From: an uncultured Burkholderiales bacterium
Lineage (GTDB): Bacteria > Pseudomonadota > Gammaproteobacteria > Burkholderiales > Burkholderiaceae_C
Direction of reading: 5' to 3'
DNA length: 64,000 bases
Assembly (NCBI GenBank): GCA_903844825.1
Contig: CAIMVC010000173.1
Coordinates: 59 to 64,058 of the forward strand
Part shown: piece after piece, positions 49,489-59,914 of the stretch
How positions within the stretch are numbered: position 1 is the stretch's first letter
Layout: every line of letters starts with the position of its first letter
Position numbers and translations under genes: made by a program
The notes under the pieces: model-generated
What the model saw: the letters and a program-made list of their open reading frames with translations, nothing else
What the model was told of the DNA's origin: nothing
The model's database searches: none

Positions 49489-50502
49489 TCAGATCTTGGC
49501 AGCCACGTAGCGCGCGCCCATGTAGTACTTCTGCGCATCGACCATCTCGGGCACCCGGCCGAAGCTCTTGAACATCTCGTTCATGCCATTGAGCCAGTTG
49601 TTGACGGTGCCGTCCTCCGTGAGCTTGGCCAGCTCGGCGCTGCTGTAGTACTGGGCAAACTTGGATTCGGCCTCGAGGTTGGTGCGCGGCGCATTCATGA
49701 GCGCAGCGGTCAGGTCCACCGCTTGCGATACGTTGTTGGCGCGCCAGTCGCTGGCTTCCTTGATCACGCGCAGCACGGCGTCGTGCAGGGGCCGTCCGGC
49801 TGCCGAGTCGAGGTCCGGGCGCATGACGAAGGCGCTGGGGAAGCTGTTTTTGGGCAGCGCGTCCTTGTTGGTGAAGAGCTCGTTGAGGTTGGGTACACGC
49901 TGGCGGATGGTGCCCACGTGCGGATACCAGATGCCCGCGCCGTCGACCTGGCCCGAGGCGAAAGCCGTCACGATGGTGGACGGGTCCATGGTCACGCGCT
50001 TGATGTCTTCGATCTTCATGCCGGCCTTTTGCAGGGCCAGTCGCACCAGCATGTCACCCGACGTGCCCTCGGGAACCGCAACGGTCTTGCCTTTAAGGTC
50101 CTGCAGGGTCTTGATGCCGGGCTGGGTGATCACGCGGTCTGAAAAGCCGACGACGTTGATGGCAATCACTTTGGCCTTGCCGGTGATGGGCAGCCACAGG
50201 GCACCGGGTCCGATGAAGCCGAAGTCGAGGTCGCCGCTGCCCAGGGCCTGAATCTGGATCGGCCCGTTGGTGAAGACCTTGATCTCGGGTGCCAGGTTGT
50301 GCTTTTTCCAGAGGTCCAGCTTGTTGGCGACAGCGACCATGGAGGCACCCAGGAAGTCACCGATGTAGCCCATACGCACCTTCATCGGCGCGCCCTGGGC
50401 CAGGGCGGTTTGAACGCCGGGCATGCCGATGGCTACGCCGCCGAGGGTGGCGGCCTTGAGCAGGGTTCTGCGGCGTTGGCTGGTGGCGGTGTTGTCTTGC
50501 AT
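49489..50502 (-). CDS. SsuA/TauA/NitT-type ABC substrate-binding protein, Tat-type signal
   Basis: RRRTLLK, FTNGP, DLKGKTVAV..GTS, W.P; SD AGGAG before ATG 50502. Confidence 0.9.
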   Translation of the reverse strand: MQDNTATSQRRRTLLKAATLGGVAIGMPGVQTALAQGAPMKVRMGYIGDFLGASMVAVANKLDLWKKHNLAPEIKVFTNGPIQIQALGSGDLDFGFIGPGALWLPITGKAKVIAINVVGFSDRVITQPGIKTLQDLKGKTVAVPEGTSGDMLVRLALQKAGMKIEDIKRVTMDPSTIVTAFASGQVDGAGIWYPHVGTIRQRVPNLNELFTNKDALPKNSFPSAFVMRPDLDSAAGRPLHDAVLRVIKEASDWRANNVSQAVDLTAALMNAPRTNLEAESKFAQYYSSAELAKLTEDGTVNNWLNGMNEMFKSFGRVPEMVDAQKYYMGARYVAAKI

Positions 50503-50534
50503 GGATGTCTCCTGTTGATGAAGTTGAAGCGGCA

Positions 50535-51328
<794 letters not shown>

Positions 51329-51332
<4 letters not shown>

Positions 51333-52156
51333 CGTCTTTCCTGCCACGAGGTCAGCCGGGTTTCAAGCCGCAGCAAAATGCGGTCCATCACCAGACCGGT
51401 CAGGCCGATCGTGATCAAGGCCACAAAAATGGTTTCCAGGTCGTAGTACACCTGCGCCTGCTGCATGCGGTGACCCAGGCCCTCCTGGGCCGCAATCAGC
51501 TCGGCCGCCACCAAGGTCGACCAGGCAGCGCCCAGGCCGGTGCGCATGCCCACCAAAATGAAGGGCGAAGACGCTGGAATGATGACGCGCCTGAAGACCT
51601 GGCCATCGTGCGCACCAAGCACGCGGGCGGCATTGATGAGGACCTTGTCGACGTTGACCACGCCCTGGTAGGTCGAGATCACCGACACCAGAAAAGACGC
51701 CAGCGTAATGACAAAAACCTTGGGCACTTCGCCAATGCCCATGAACACGATCGCCAGCGGAATCATGGCCAGCGGCGGAATGGTCCGGAAAAACTGCACG
51801 TAGGGCTCCATCAGGCCCCTGGCAACCGTGTACCAGCCCATCAGGAAACCCACCGGAATGGCCAGCAGGGTGCCGAGCGTGAAGCCGATCATCACGCGGC
51901 GTACCGAGGCCAGGGCGTCGTTGAGCAGGGTGCCGTTGGCCGCCAACTGCCCGGCCCGCTCCAGCACGGCCAGCGGCCCGGGCAGGCCCGCCAGTTTGAG
52001 GTGGCTGAAGAAGGCCCAAATGGCCAGACCGAGCAGGGCCGCGCTGATGTTCAGTACGAGCAGGCGCCCACTGGTGCGCATGCGCGTCTTGCCTGCGGGC
52101 CGGGTCGCGGCGCCTGGCTGGCTCGGCGCTGGCGTAGGAGCCGAAGCGTTTTTCAT
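51329..52156 (-). CDS. SsuC/TauC-type ABC permease
   Basis: [28 protein letters not shown]. Confidence 0.93.
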
Positions 52157-52281
52157 GTCTCAGGAGGCCTCTTGATGATGGCTGACGGCTGGCCTGATCC
52201 GTTCGGGCAGCCCTGGTCAAAGCTTGAGCTGTCGACTCTAGCGAGCAGACGGTATGCTTGGAAGTGTCTATTTTTGAACAC

Positions 52282-52302
52282 CTGATGCAAGAATTGCATC
52301 AG
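52282..52302. promoter_or_regulatory. LysR recognition site, perfect inverted repeat
   Basis: CTGATGCAA-GAA-TTGCATCAG containing T-N11-A (ATGC-N7-GCAT), between the divergent LysR gene and ABC operon. Confidence 0.8.
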
Positions 52303-52335
52303 ACTCTCGGTCAATCTTGTTCAAGGAAACCGTGG

Positions 52336-53298
52336 ATGGAAACCCCTGCTCTTGCGCATTCGCCGCCGCTGTCGTCCGCCCGCCTGATGCGTCGCTCCCA
52401 CCTGCTGGGCGACTTTTTGATGGTGGCCGCCGAGGGCGGCATCCGGCAGGCTGCCGACAAGATCGCCATCAGCCAGTCGGCACTCACGCGGCGCATCCAG
52501 GACCTTGAGGCCGAACTGGGGGCCAGCCTGTTTGAGCGCACGTCGCGCGGCATGACCTTGACGCCCTTTGGCGAGGTGCTCAAGCACCACGCCCAACTGG
52601 TGGCGATCACCTGCCAGTACGCGGTGAGCGAAATCAGCGACCTGCTCGAAGGCGAGGCCGGCGAGCTGCGCTTGTCCGCCGGTCCGGCATGGGCTTATTC
52701 GCTGGTGCCCGACGCCATTGCGGCCATGCAGGCGGAACGTCCCAAGATCCGGGTGACCTTGCTGGACCTGATCAACGAGATGTCCTTGCCGATGCTCTCC
52801 AGTGGCCTGCTCGATGTGGTGCTGGGCGGATTGCCGCCCGAGCCGCTGCGCGACCCGCAGATCCGCTACGAGGCTTTGCTGGAGGTCGAGCATCTGGTGT
52901 TTGCTGACGAGCAGCACCCGCTCAACCAGATCGAGGGTGTCGAGGCGGCGCAGCTTGGCGCGCACCCCTGGATCTGGTTTACCACTGGCGCAGCGTCCCG
53001 GGATTTGCTGGCGTCTTACTTTGAGCGAGCCAGCCTGCCGGCCCCCGCCACGTCGGTCGAGACCTCTTCGGCCCAGTCGGTGTTCCGGCTGATGCAGCAA
53101 GGCAATTACCTCATGCTGCTGCCCTCGACCTCGCGCGCGACGGCTGCCCATCACGGGGTCCGGCCCCTGCGGCTGAAGGCGGGTTTTGGACGCTATGTCG
53201 CGGGCATGATGTATCGGCCCTCTGTTTTGCGGCTCAAGGCGTTCACCTCGTTTCGAGAGGCCTTGCTGCAAAAGTTGCCAGGCAGCACGCTGGCCTGA
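52336..53298 (+). CDS. LysR-type transcriptional regulator
   Basis: F..VA.EG.I..AA..I.ISQSALTRRIQDLE..LG..LFERT.RG..LT; SD AAGGA before ATG 52336. Confidence 0.93.
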   Translation: METPALAHSPPLSSARLMRRSHLLGDFLMVAAEGGIRQAADKIAISQSALTRRIQDLEAELGASLFERTSRGMTLTPFGEVLKHHAQLVAITCQYAVSEISDLLEGEAGELRLSAGPAWAYSLVPDAIAAMQAERPKIRVTLLDLINEMSLPMLSSGLLDVVLGGLPPEPLRDPQIRYEALLEVEHLVFADEQHPLNQIEGVEAAQLGAHPWIWFTTGAASRDLLASYFERASLPAPATSVETSSAQSVFRLMQQGNYLMLLPSTSRATAAHHGVRPLRLKAGFGRYVAGMMYRPSVLRLKAFTSFREALLQKLPGSTLA

Positions 53299-53409
53299 GT
53301 GGCCCACACCCATGGCCAGAGACCCCGTGTCTGCAGGGTTGGCGGCAGTAGTGGAAAATACCGCCGAGTCCGGCGTCGGACCCCCATTTCATTTTTTAAG
53401 GAGCATCGA

Positions 53410-53916
53410 ATGATCAAAGTTGGCGACACCCTTCCGGCCGCAACGCTGATGGAGTTTTCGGAAGTCGAAGGTAACGGTTGCAGCCTGGGCCCCAACCCGG
53501 TGGATGTGGTCAAGGCCAGCGCCGGCAAGACGATTGCCGTTTTTGCACTGCCCGGCGCATTTACGCCCACCTGTTCCGCCAAACACGTGCCCGGCTACGT
53601 TGAGAACTTTGCCGAACTCAAAGCCGGCGGCGTTGACGAAATCTGGTGCGTCAGTGTGAACGACGCGTTTGTCATGGGCGCCTGGGCGCGTGAGCAAAAA
53701 ACCGATGGCAAGGTGCGCATGCTCGCCGATGGCAGCGCAGACTTTACCAAGGCCACGGGCCTGACGCTTGACCTCACGACGCGCGGTATGGGCTTGCGCA
53801 GCAACCGCTACTCGATGCTGGTCAAGGACGGCAAGGTCGCCGCATTGAACGTGGAAGGCCCCGGCAAGTTCGAGGTCAGCGACGCTGCCACCTTGCTGGC
53901 GCAGGTCAAGGGCTGA
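53410..53916 (+). CDS. Peroxiredoxin (Prx5 type)
   Basis: PGAFTPTCS..HVPGY, SVNDAFVM.AW, RS.RYSM; SD AAGGAG. Confidence 0.95.
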   Translation: MIKVGDTLPAATLMEFSEVEGNGCSLGPNPVDVVKASAGKTIAVFALPGAFTPTCSAKHVPGYVENFAELKAGGVDEIWCVSVNDAFVMGAWAREQKTDGKVRMLADGSADFTKATGLTLDLTTRGMGLRSNRYSMLVKDGKVAALNVEGPGKFEVSDAATLLAQVKG

Positions 53917-53999
53917 TAAGGTCGGCAGGCCCCAGGCCTGCCTTTGCCGGTTTGGCGCGTGGTGTCCCAGCGGATGCTCGAAGCTTACTCGGCGGTATG

Positions 54000-54035
54000 A
54001 AAAAGCCACCCATGTTTTGCATCGGTGGCTTTTTT
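54000..54035. terminator. Bidirectional Rho-independent terminator
   Basis: AAAAAGCCACC...GGTGGCTTTTTT between convergent genes. Confidence 0.88.
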
Positions 54036-54081
54036 ACGGCTGTCTGTATTCTGGCAGCCTCAACCCTGTGGGGATTGAGGC

Positions 54082-54570
54082 TCAGATGTCGACTTTGAGG
54101 TAGTGGGCGCCTGCCAGGGGGTTGTGGTAGTAAGGTGCGATGTCCTCGAAGCCGAGATCGGCGTATAGCGCGCGCGCCGACTCCATGTCGTCCAGGGTGT
54201 CGAGCAGGACGCTGCGGTACCCTGAAGTGCGGGCGGCGTCGAGCGTGGCTTCTGCGAGTTGGCGCCCCAGGCCGAAGCCCCGGAAGGGCTTGCGCACGAA
54301 AAGTCGTTTCATCTCGCAGGCATTGGCGTAGTCCACCGAGTCGAGCGGGCGCAGTGCGCAGCAACCGGCTACTTCGCCGTCGACCAGTGCCAGCAGCAGC
54401 GCCCCGCGGGGCTCGGCGTAGTCGCCGGGCAGCCCGGCCAGTTCGGCGTCGAAGTCCTGAAAATACAGATCAATGCCCAGCTGCTCGGCATAGTCCAGAA
54501 AAATCAGCCGCACCTGTTTCAGCCGCTCGGGCTCTATGGCGCTGATGATCTGGATGAAAGGGCGGGGCAC
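54082..54570 (-). CDS. GNAT family N-acetyltransferase
   Basis: EMKRLFV...RG.GLGR, LDTL..M..A..LY..LGF; GTG start inferred. Confidence 0.9.
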   Translation of the reverse strand: MPRPFIQIISAIEPERLKQVRLIFLDYAEQLGIDLYFQDFDAELAGLPGDYAEPRGALLLALVDGEVAGCCALRPLDSVDYANACEMKRLFVRKPFRGFGLGRQLAEATLDAARTSGYRSVLLDTLDDMESARALYADLGFEDIAPYYHNPLAGAHYLKVDI

Positions 54571-54665
54571 GGCGCTGTGGGTTGGGGTCGAGTTTTCAGT
54601 GTAGCGCGACTCAGGGCGCGGGCTGCATGAGGCGCTGCCCGCGCCAGTTTGCGGTCGCTGGCGCC

Positions 54666-55373
54666 CTAAAAGGTGACAGCGGCCAGGCTCGACACCCAGT
54701 AAGCCAGCGCGGCGCACGCCAGCAGGACGAGCAGTGCCAAGGCGCGCGAGCGGGCGTCGTCGCGTGACGCGATGGCGCTCACTTTGGTGACGGGCAAGGT
54801 CTTGTCACCGTGCAGCATGGCCGCGACCAGTGGCTGCCTTCGCCGCACATAGACCGCAATGGCCACCAGATGCGAAATCACCAGGGCCAGCAGCAGCCAT
54901 TTGCCAATGTTCTTGTGAAAAAAAGTCGCCAGGCTGACGTTGGCGTTGGCGACGAAGCGGGTGAGCGGGCCGGAAAAGGCGATCTCGTCATCACTGAGCA
55001 GTCCGCTGCCTACCTGCAGCACCAACACCGCGATCATCGCGAATACGGCCAGTGCGCCCAGGGGACTGTGACCAATGCTGTGCTCGGGCCTGCCGCGTCC
55101 GCGAAGGTAGGCCAGCAGGCTGCCCGGGCTGAAAATGAAGCTGGCAAAGCGCGACCAGTGCCCGCCCACCAGCCCCCAGACCAGGCGAAATAGCAGCAAG
55201 GTCAAGGCGCAGTAGCCCAGGCGCAGATGCCAGTTCATGGCCTCGCCACCGACCGTGCCGGTGACCCCGAGGCCGATCACGCAGACGGCCAGCGCCCAGT
55301 GAAACATGCGGGTGGGCAGATCCCACACCCGAACCCGTGTATTTGCAGCCGTGCTGGCCGGTGGTGTTTGCAT
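54666..55373 (-). CDS. Cytochrome b/b6-domain (b561-like) membrane protein
   Basis: VWDLPTR.FHW, WH, GH.P.G, further His in TM helices. Confidence 0.9.
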   Translation of the reverse strand: MQTPPASTAANTRVRVWDLPTRMFHWALAVCVIGLGVTGTVGGEAMNWHLRLGYCALTLLLFRLVWGLVGGHWSRFASFIFSPGSLLAYLRGRGRPEHSIGHSPLGALAVFAMIAVLVLQVGSGLLSDDEIAFSGPLTRFVANANVSLATFFHKNIGKWLLLALVISHLVAIAVYVRRRQPLVAAMLHGDKTLPVTKVSAIASRDDARSRALALLVLLACAALAYWVSSLAAVTF

Positions 55374-55543
55374 GATTTGTTCCGTGTTGTGTGCCCGGGT
55401 TTATAAATGCCTTGAAGCCCGGCCAACTATTAAATCAGGTTAAAGCGCCGAAACCCCGGAACTTCGGCAGGCCCGCGCCACTCCAGTAAACTGGCTCAAG
55501 CCTTTTGGCTCGCCTGCTCGACCATTCAACTCAAGGACCCATC

Positions 55544-55996
55544 ATGAAAGTATTTGCCCTCGTCGCTGCTGCTGCGACGTTAATCGCCGTCGCAGCACCT
55601 GCCAGTGCCCAATTTGCCAAGCCCGAGGACGCGATCAAGTACCGCCAGAGCTCGCTGTTTGTCATGGGGCAGCATTTCGGTCGCGTCGGCGCCATGGCTT
55701 CGGGCAGGGCGCCTTTTGATGCCAAGGTGGCCGCTGACAATGCTGAGATCGTCGCGAGTATGGCCAAGCTCCCATGGGCTGGTTTTGGTCCGGGCACGGA
55801 CAAGGGAACGACCAAGGCCAAGGCCGAGATCTGGACTGAACAGGCCAAGTTCAAGGACAGTAGCGACAAGCTCATCGTCGAAAGCGGCAAACTCGCCGCT
55901 GCAGCCAAGACCGGTAATCTTGATGCGGTGAAAACCGCCTTCGCTGCGACGGCCGCAACCTGCAAGGCCTGTCACGACGCTTTTCGCGCCCAGTAA
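55544..55996 (+). CDS. Cytochrome c' (class II)
   Basis: Signal peptide, AIKYRQ, C-terminal CKACH. Confidence 0.92.
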   Translation: MKVFALVAAAATLIAVAAPASAQFAKPEDAIKYRQSSLFVMGQHFGRVGAMASGRAPFDAKVAADNAEIVASMAKLPWAGFGPGTDKGTTKAKAEIWTEQAKFKDSSDKLIVESGKLAAAAKTGNLDAVKTAFAATAATCKACHDAFRAQ

Positions 55997-56020
55997 GACA
56001 CATCGGGCATGAGCCCAGCT

Positions 56021-56057
56021 AAAAAGCCGGCATGGCCTGTGGCCCCGCCGGCTTTTT
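56021..56057. terminator. Bidirectional Rho-independent terminator
   Basis: AAAAAGCCGGC...GCCGGCTTTTT between convergent genes. Confidence 0.85.
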
Positions 56058-56087
56058 GCTGTGCGTCGCCTGACTTCGTTTTGGCGA

Positions 56088-56597
56088 TCAGGTCTCGGCG
56101 AGAAGTTTTTCGATCAGCTGATGAAGGGCCGCAAAATCGGGTTCGCCCACGTACTGCTTGACGATCTCACCGCGCTTGTTGACCAGGTAGGTGGTGGGGG
56201 TGAGCTTGACGTCGCCCCAGGCCTTGGCCACGGCGCCCGTGTTGTCGATCGCCACCTTGAAGGGTAACTGCCGGGTCTGGCTGAAGTTGACGACGTAGCT
56301 CGGCGGGTCGTAGCTCATGGCCACCGCCAGGGTCTCATAGCCCTGGCCGTGGTAGCGCTGGTGGGTGGCGATGAGCTTGGGCATCTCGGCGACGCAGGTC
56401 ACGCAACTGGTGGCCCAGAAATTGACCAGGGTGACCTTGCCCCGCAGGTCCTTGGTGCTTTGCCGGCTGCCGTCGAGCAGCACAAACTCGGTGGCCGGCG
56501 CGAGTTGTGTGCCCGAGCAGCCTGCCAACAAGGCGGCTCCCGCCAGTAGCAGTGCACTCAAAACGGTGGCAAATACGCGTTCAAGGGTGGCGTTCAC
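56088..56597 (-). CDS. TlpA-family disulfide reductase, lipoprotein
   Basis: LLAGC lipobox, VNFWATSCVTC..EMP. Confidence 0.9.
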   Translation of the reverse strand: MNATLERVFATVLSALLLAGAALLAGCSGTQLAPATEFVLLDGSRQSTKDLRGKVTLVNFWATSCVTCVAEMPKLIATHQRYHGQGYETLAVAMSYDPPSYVVNFSQTRQLPFKVAIDNTGAVAKAWGDVKLTPTTYLVNKRGEIVKQYVGEPDFAALHQLIEKLLAET

Positions 56598-56663
56598 GGT
56601 GTGCTTTCATGGTGGCTTTGAAGTTTAACCAGGGGCCGGCTGGCCTGCTGCTCGTCTTGCGAA

Positions 56664-57173
56664 TCAGCGTACTTTGCGCACAGCTTGACGTGCGATGCCC
56701 AGACGCTCTTCAAGGTAGGCGGCATAAAAATCGGGTGATGCGCCAACCAGCCGCTCGGCGACCTCCCGGCCCCGGTAATCAAAAAATAGCACGGTCGGGG
56801 TGAATCTGGCTTTCCAGGCGCTGATTTGCAGTTGGGCGTTGGTGGGCTGGCCGTCAAAGCCGATCAATGCCGCGCTGCTGTCGCGCACGTTGAGCTGCCA
56901 GGCCTGCCAACCAGCGCTGCGGCCAGGCAGCAAGTAGTTGCGCCTGACCAGTTCGCAGTAGGGGCAACCGGGCAGACTGATCAGAAGCACCAGGGGCTCG
57001 CCTTGTGCGGCCGCCGCTTGGGCGACCTCGGGCAGGGACGCCGGAACAGGCAGTTCGCTCTCTTTGCTCCAGGCCGGACGCGCCCACCAACCGGTCGTCA
57101 GCAGGGCCGCCAGGCCGACCAGGCCCTGGCGCCGGTTGATGGGGCGGTTGGCAGGGCGGTGGCCGGACCTCAT
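56664..57173 (-). CDS. Exported thioredoxin-fold protein (SoxW-like)
   Basis: RR signal, CPYC, TPT..F. Confidence 0.8.
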   Translation of the reverse strand: MRSGHRPANRPINRRQGLVGLAALLTTGWWARPAWSKESELPVPASLPEVAQAAAAQGEPLVLLISLPGCPYCELVRRNYLLPGRSAGWQAWQLNVRDSSAALIGFDGQPTNAQLQISAWKARFTPTVLFFDYRGREVAERLVGASPDFYAAYLEERLGIARQAVRKVR

Positions 57174-57901
57174 ACGGCGCAGTCTTGCAGGATGCGGGTC
57201 AACGCCACCGGGTCGCTGATCATCGGGTCGTGGCCTGTCTTGAGTTCATGCAGCGTAGCACCGGGCGCCCAGGCGCCGCCCCAGAAGCCGGGCTCTTTCA
57301 GGCGCAGCCGGCTGGGCGCGATGGTCGCCAGCGCGGGCTCTGTGCAACTCACATAGGTGCGCGCCACGGCGGCGACGCGCTGCACGTCAAAGTTCAGCGG
57401 CATCTGGTAGGTGTGACCCGGGTGCGGCGTCTGCCGGCGCCTGACCCAGGCTTGGTCGGCATCGTGCAGGCCGAAAACCGAGGGGTCGGGCGCCCCAAAG
57501 CTGTAGTCGGGCGAGGCCGCGGCCGCAGCAATACGCTGCTGCCGCGTGGCGCTGGACTGGGTGCTGCTCCAGCTCTCGCCGGGTTTGGGCAGCACCGCAT
57601 CGACGTACACCAGATGCTTCAGGCGCGCCCCGGCGCGGTCGGCCACTGCGGTGCCGATCATGCCGGCGTAGGAGTGCACCGCCAGCACCACGTCGCTGAG
57701 TTCCTCGCACGCCATGACGGCCAGCACGTCCTGGATGTGGGTTTCGAGGGTGACGGCGGGCGACAACAAGTGGGCACGCTCGCCCAGCCCGGTCAGGGTA
57801 ACGGCATGCACGCGGTGGCCTTGCGCGGTCAGCGCGGCGGTGACCCGTTGCCAGCACCAGCTGCCGTGCCAGGCCCCGTGCACCAGGACAAAGTTGGCCA
57901 T
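57170..57901 (-). CDS. Alpha/beta hydrolase (esterase-like)
   Basis: FVLVHGAWHG.W.W, HSYAG, GHDPM. Confidence 0.9.
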   Translation of the reverse strand: MANFVLVHGAWHGSWCWQRVTAALTAQGHRVHAVTLTGLGERAHLLSPAVTLETHIQDVLAVMACEELSDVVLAVHSYAGMIGTAVADRAGARLKHLVYVDAVLPKPGESWSSTQSSATRQQRIAAAAASPDYSFGAPDPSVFGLHDADQAWVRRRQTPHPGHTYQMPLNFDVQRVAAVARTYVSCTEPALATIAPSRLRLKEPGFWGGAWAPGATLHELKTGHDPMISDPVALTRILQDCAV

Positions 57902-59148
57902 CAGATGACCTTGTCGCCTTGCAACGCGGCCAGCTCTTGCTCGGAGTAATCCAGTAGCTCGCGCAATACTTCCTGCGTGTGTTGACCCAGCAGGGGTGGT
58001 GGCAATCCGTCATGGCCGGGCACCCGCACGGGCGTGGCGCTGAGCTTGATCGGGCTGGACACCAGACGCAGGGCGCTGCGGGCCGGGTGCTGCCAGTCGG
58101 TCACCATGTCACGCGCGGCGACCTGTGGATCGGCAAATACTTCGGACAAGTTGTTGATGGCGCCGCAGGGGACCTTGGCCGTTTCGAGGGCGTGCAGCCA
58201 GTCGGCCTTGCTGCGTGTCTTCATGATGACTTCGAGTTGTGGCACCAACTGGGCGCGGTTGAGCACGCGGTCGCGGTTCTTGATGTAGAGCGGGTCGGCT
58301 GCGAGCCCGGGGCACTGGGCGACTTGGCAGAATTTGACGAACTGGGAGTCATTGCCGACGGCCAGAATCAGGTGGTCCTTGCTGCCGTCGGCTGCCGGTG
58401 CGACCTCGAAGACCTGGTAGGGCACGATGTTCTGGTGAGCGTTACCGGCCCTGCCGGGCGTCTTGCCGCTGACCAGGTAGTTGGCCCCGAGGTTGGCGAG
58501 CATGGCCACCTGGGTGTCGAGCAAGGCCATGTCGACCTGCTGGCCCTGGCCTGTGCGCTCGGCGTGGCGCAACGCGGCCAAAATGGCCACGGTGGCGTAC
58601 ATGCCGGTCATCAGATCGGCCACGGCGACCCCTACTTTTTGCGGACCGCCACCGAGATCATCGCGCTCACCGGTCACGCTCATCAGACCGCCCATGCCTT
58701 GAATGGCGTAGTCGTAGCCGGCACGCTCGGCGTAAGGTCCGTTTTGACCAAAGCCGGTGACCGAGCAGTAGACCAGGCGCGGGTTGATGGCTTGCATCGA
58801 CGCAAAGTCCAGGCCGTAGCGGGCCATGTCGCCGACCTTGAAGTTTTCAACGAACACGTCGCAATGCGCCGCCAGATCGCGAATGAGTTTTTGGCCCGCA
58901 GGCTGGGCAATGTCGCAGGTCACGGAGCGCTTGTTGCGGTTCGCGCCCAGGTAGTAGGCGGCCTCCTGGGTTTCGTTGCCGCTGTCATCTTGCAAAAAAG
59001 GCGGCCCCCAGCTGCGGGTGTCGTCGCCGCTGCCGGGGCGCTCAATTTTGATGACGTCAGCCCCGAGATCGGCCAGGGTTTGCGTGCACCATGGGCCAGC
59101 CAGGACACGGGAGAGATCTAAAACGCGAATGCCTTGAAGTGAGTTCAT
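57901..59148 (-). CDS. CaiB/BaiF family III CoA-transferase
   Basis: LDLSRVLAGP, NRNKRS, ENF, GYD, catalytic D in VADL, PPLLGQHT. Confidence 0.95.
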   Translation of the reverse strand: MNSLQGIRVLDLSRVLAGPWCTQTLADLGADVIKIERPGSGDDTRSWGPPFLQDDSGNETQEAAYYLGANRNKRSVTCDIAQPAGQKLIRDLAAHCDVFVENFKVGDMARYGLDFASMQAINPRLVYCSVTGFGQNGPYAERAGYDYAIQGMGGLMSVTGERDDLGGGPQKVGVAVADLMTGMYATVAILAALRHAERTGQGQQVDMALLDTQVAMLANLGANYLVSGKTPGRAGNAHQNIVPYQVFEVAPAADGSKDHLILAVGNDSQFVKFCQVAQCPGLAADPLYIKNRDRVLNRAQLVPQLEVIMKTRSKADWLHALETAKVPCGAINNLSEVFADPQVAARDMVTDWQHPARSALRLVSSPIKLSATPVRVPGHDGLPPPLLGQHTQEVLRELLDYSEQELAALQGDKVI

Positions 59149-59217
59149 CCTCGCATTTTGGCTCAGCGACCGCGGTCGCGCTCGACTGCGGCCCCGGGTG
59201 GCGTGTCGCGCCAGCGC

Positions 59218-59661
59218 TCAATACGTTTTGTAAGGCAGGAATTTGCCGGACAAGACCACGTTGACGCGGTCGCCTTTGGGGTCCGGCTGGCGCACGATGT
59301 CCATTGAAAAATCAATCGCGCTCATGATCCCGTCGCCAAACTCTTCATGAATCAGCTCTTTGATGGTGGTGCCGTAGACGCTGACAATTTCGTGCCAGCG
59401 GTAAATCAGCGGATCGGTGGGAATGGCCGTCGGCAGCGAGCCCTTGTACGGCACGACCTGTAGCCACTTTTGCTCTTCGGCGGTCAGGCCAAAAATCTTC
59501 CCGACGGTTTTGGCCTGGCTGGCGTCGAGTGTCATCTGCCCCAGGCAGGCCGCCGTTATCCACTCCTTGCTGAGCCCCACTTTTTTGGCCACTGAGGCCC
59601 AGGTGATGCCTTTGCGGACTTTGGCGGTGATGATTTTTTCGGTGATGTCGTTGCGGTTCAT
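59218..59661 (-). CDS. cynS: Cyanase (cyanate hydratase)
   Basis: PTDPLIYR, IHEEFGDGIMSAIDF, GKFLPY. Confidence 0.97.
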   Translation of the reverse strand: MNRNDITEKIITAKVRKGITWASVAKKVGLSKEWITAACLGQMTLDASQAKTVGKIFGLTAEEQKWLQVVPYKGSLPTAIPTDPLIYRWHEIVSVYGTTIKELIHEEFGDGIMSAIDFSMDIVRQPDPKGDRVNVVLSGKFLPYKTY

Positions 59662-59709
59662 GGGGGCTCGCTGTGTTGTGGAGTGGGCAAGGGTGAAAAA
59701 AAGGAGGGT

Positions 59710-59737
59710 AAAAAGAGCCTCGGCGAATGCCGGCGCT
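59710..59737 (-). terminator. Terminator-like hairpin in the cynS leader
   Basis: Minus strand AGCGC-CGGC-ATTC-GCCG-AGGCT-CTTTTT, located between the promoter and the ATG. Confidence 0.45.
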
Positions 59738-59762
59738 GCAGGAATGGGTAGTAGCGCGATGA

Positions 59763-59778
59763 TGCAAGCGGCGTGCCC
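59763..59778 (-). promoter_or_regulatory. Sigma54 (-24/-12) promoter of cynS
   Basis: Minus strand GGGCAC-GCCGC-TTGCA, i.e. GG-N10-GC. Confidence 0.8.
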
Positions 59779-59805
59779 ATGCCGCCGCCGCGATGGGCAT
59801 GACGG

Positions 59806-59863
59806 GGAGCGATTCTGGTGCGCAGTCGGGGCCGGCGGCGCGGCAATGCCCTGGGGTGGTGCG
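59806..59863. promoter_or_regulatory. Putative NtrC-type enhancer sites
   Basis: TGCCCTGGGGTGGTGCG (59847-59863, GC-N11-GC) plus a second TGGTGCG half-site (59816-59822), 41 bp apart. Confidence 0.55.
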
Positions 59864-59914
59864 CTGAATGCTTGTAAAGTCGGGTGTTCTTAGCTTCTGG
59901 GCGCAACTCGCTTC

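Noticed and set aside
54666-57173. Cytochrome b, cytochrome c', TlpA and thioredoxin-fold genes as a novel redox system
   Set aside because: Resembles an ordinary backbone arrangement; nothing in the sequence marks it as unusual
59166-59179. Perfect 14-bp palindrome GCGACCGCGGTCGC between cynS and the CoA-transferase gene
   Set aside because: GC-rich, loopless and seen once; plausible by chance and no regulator to assign
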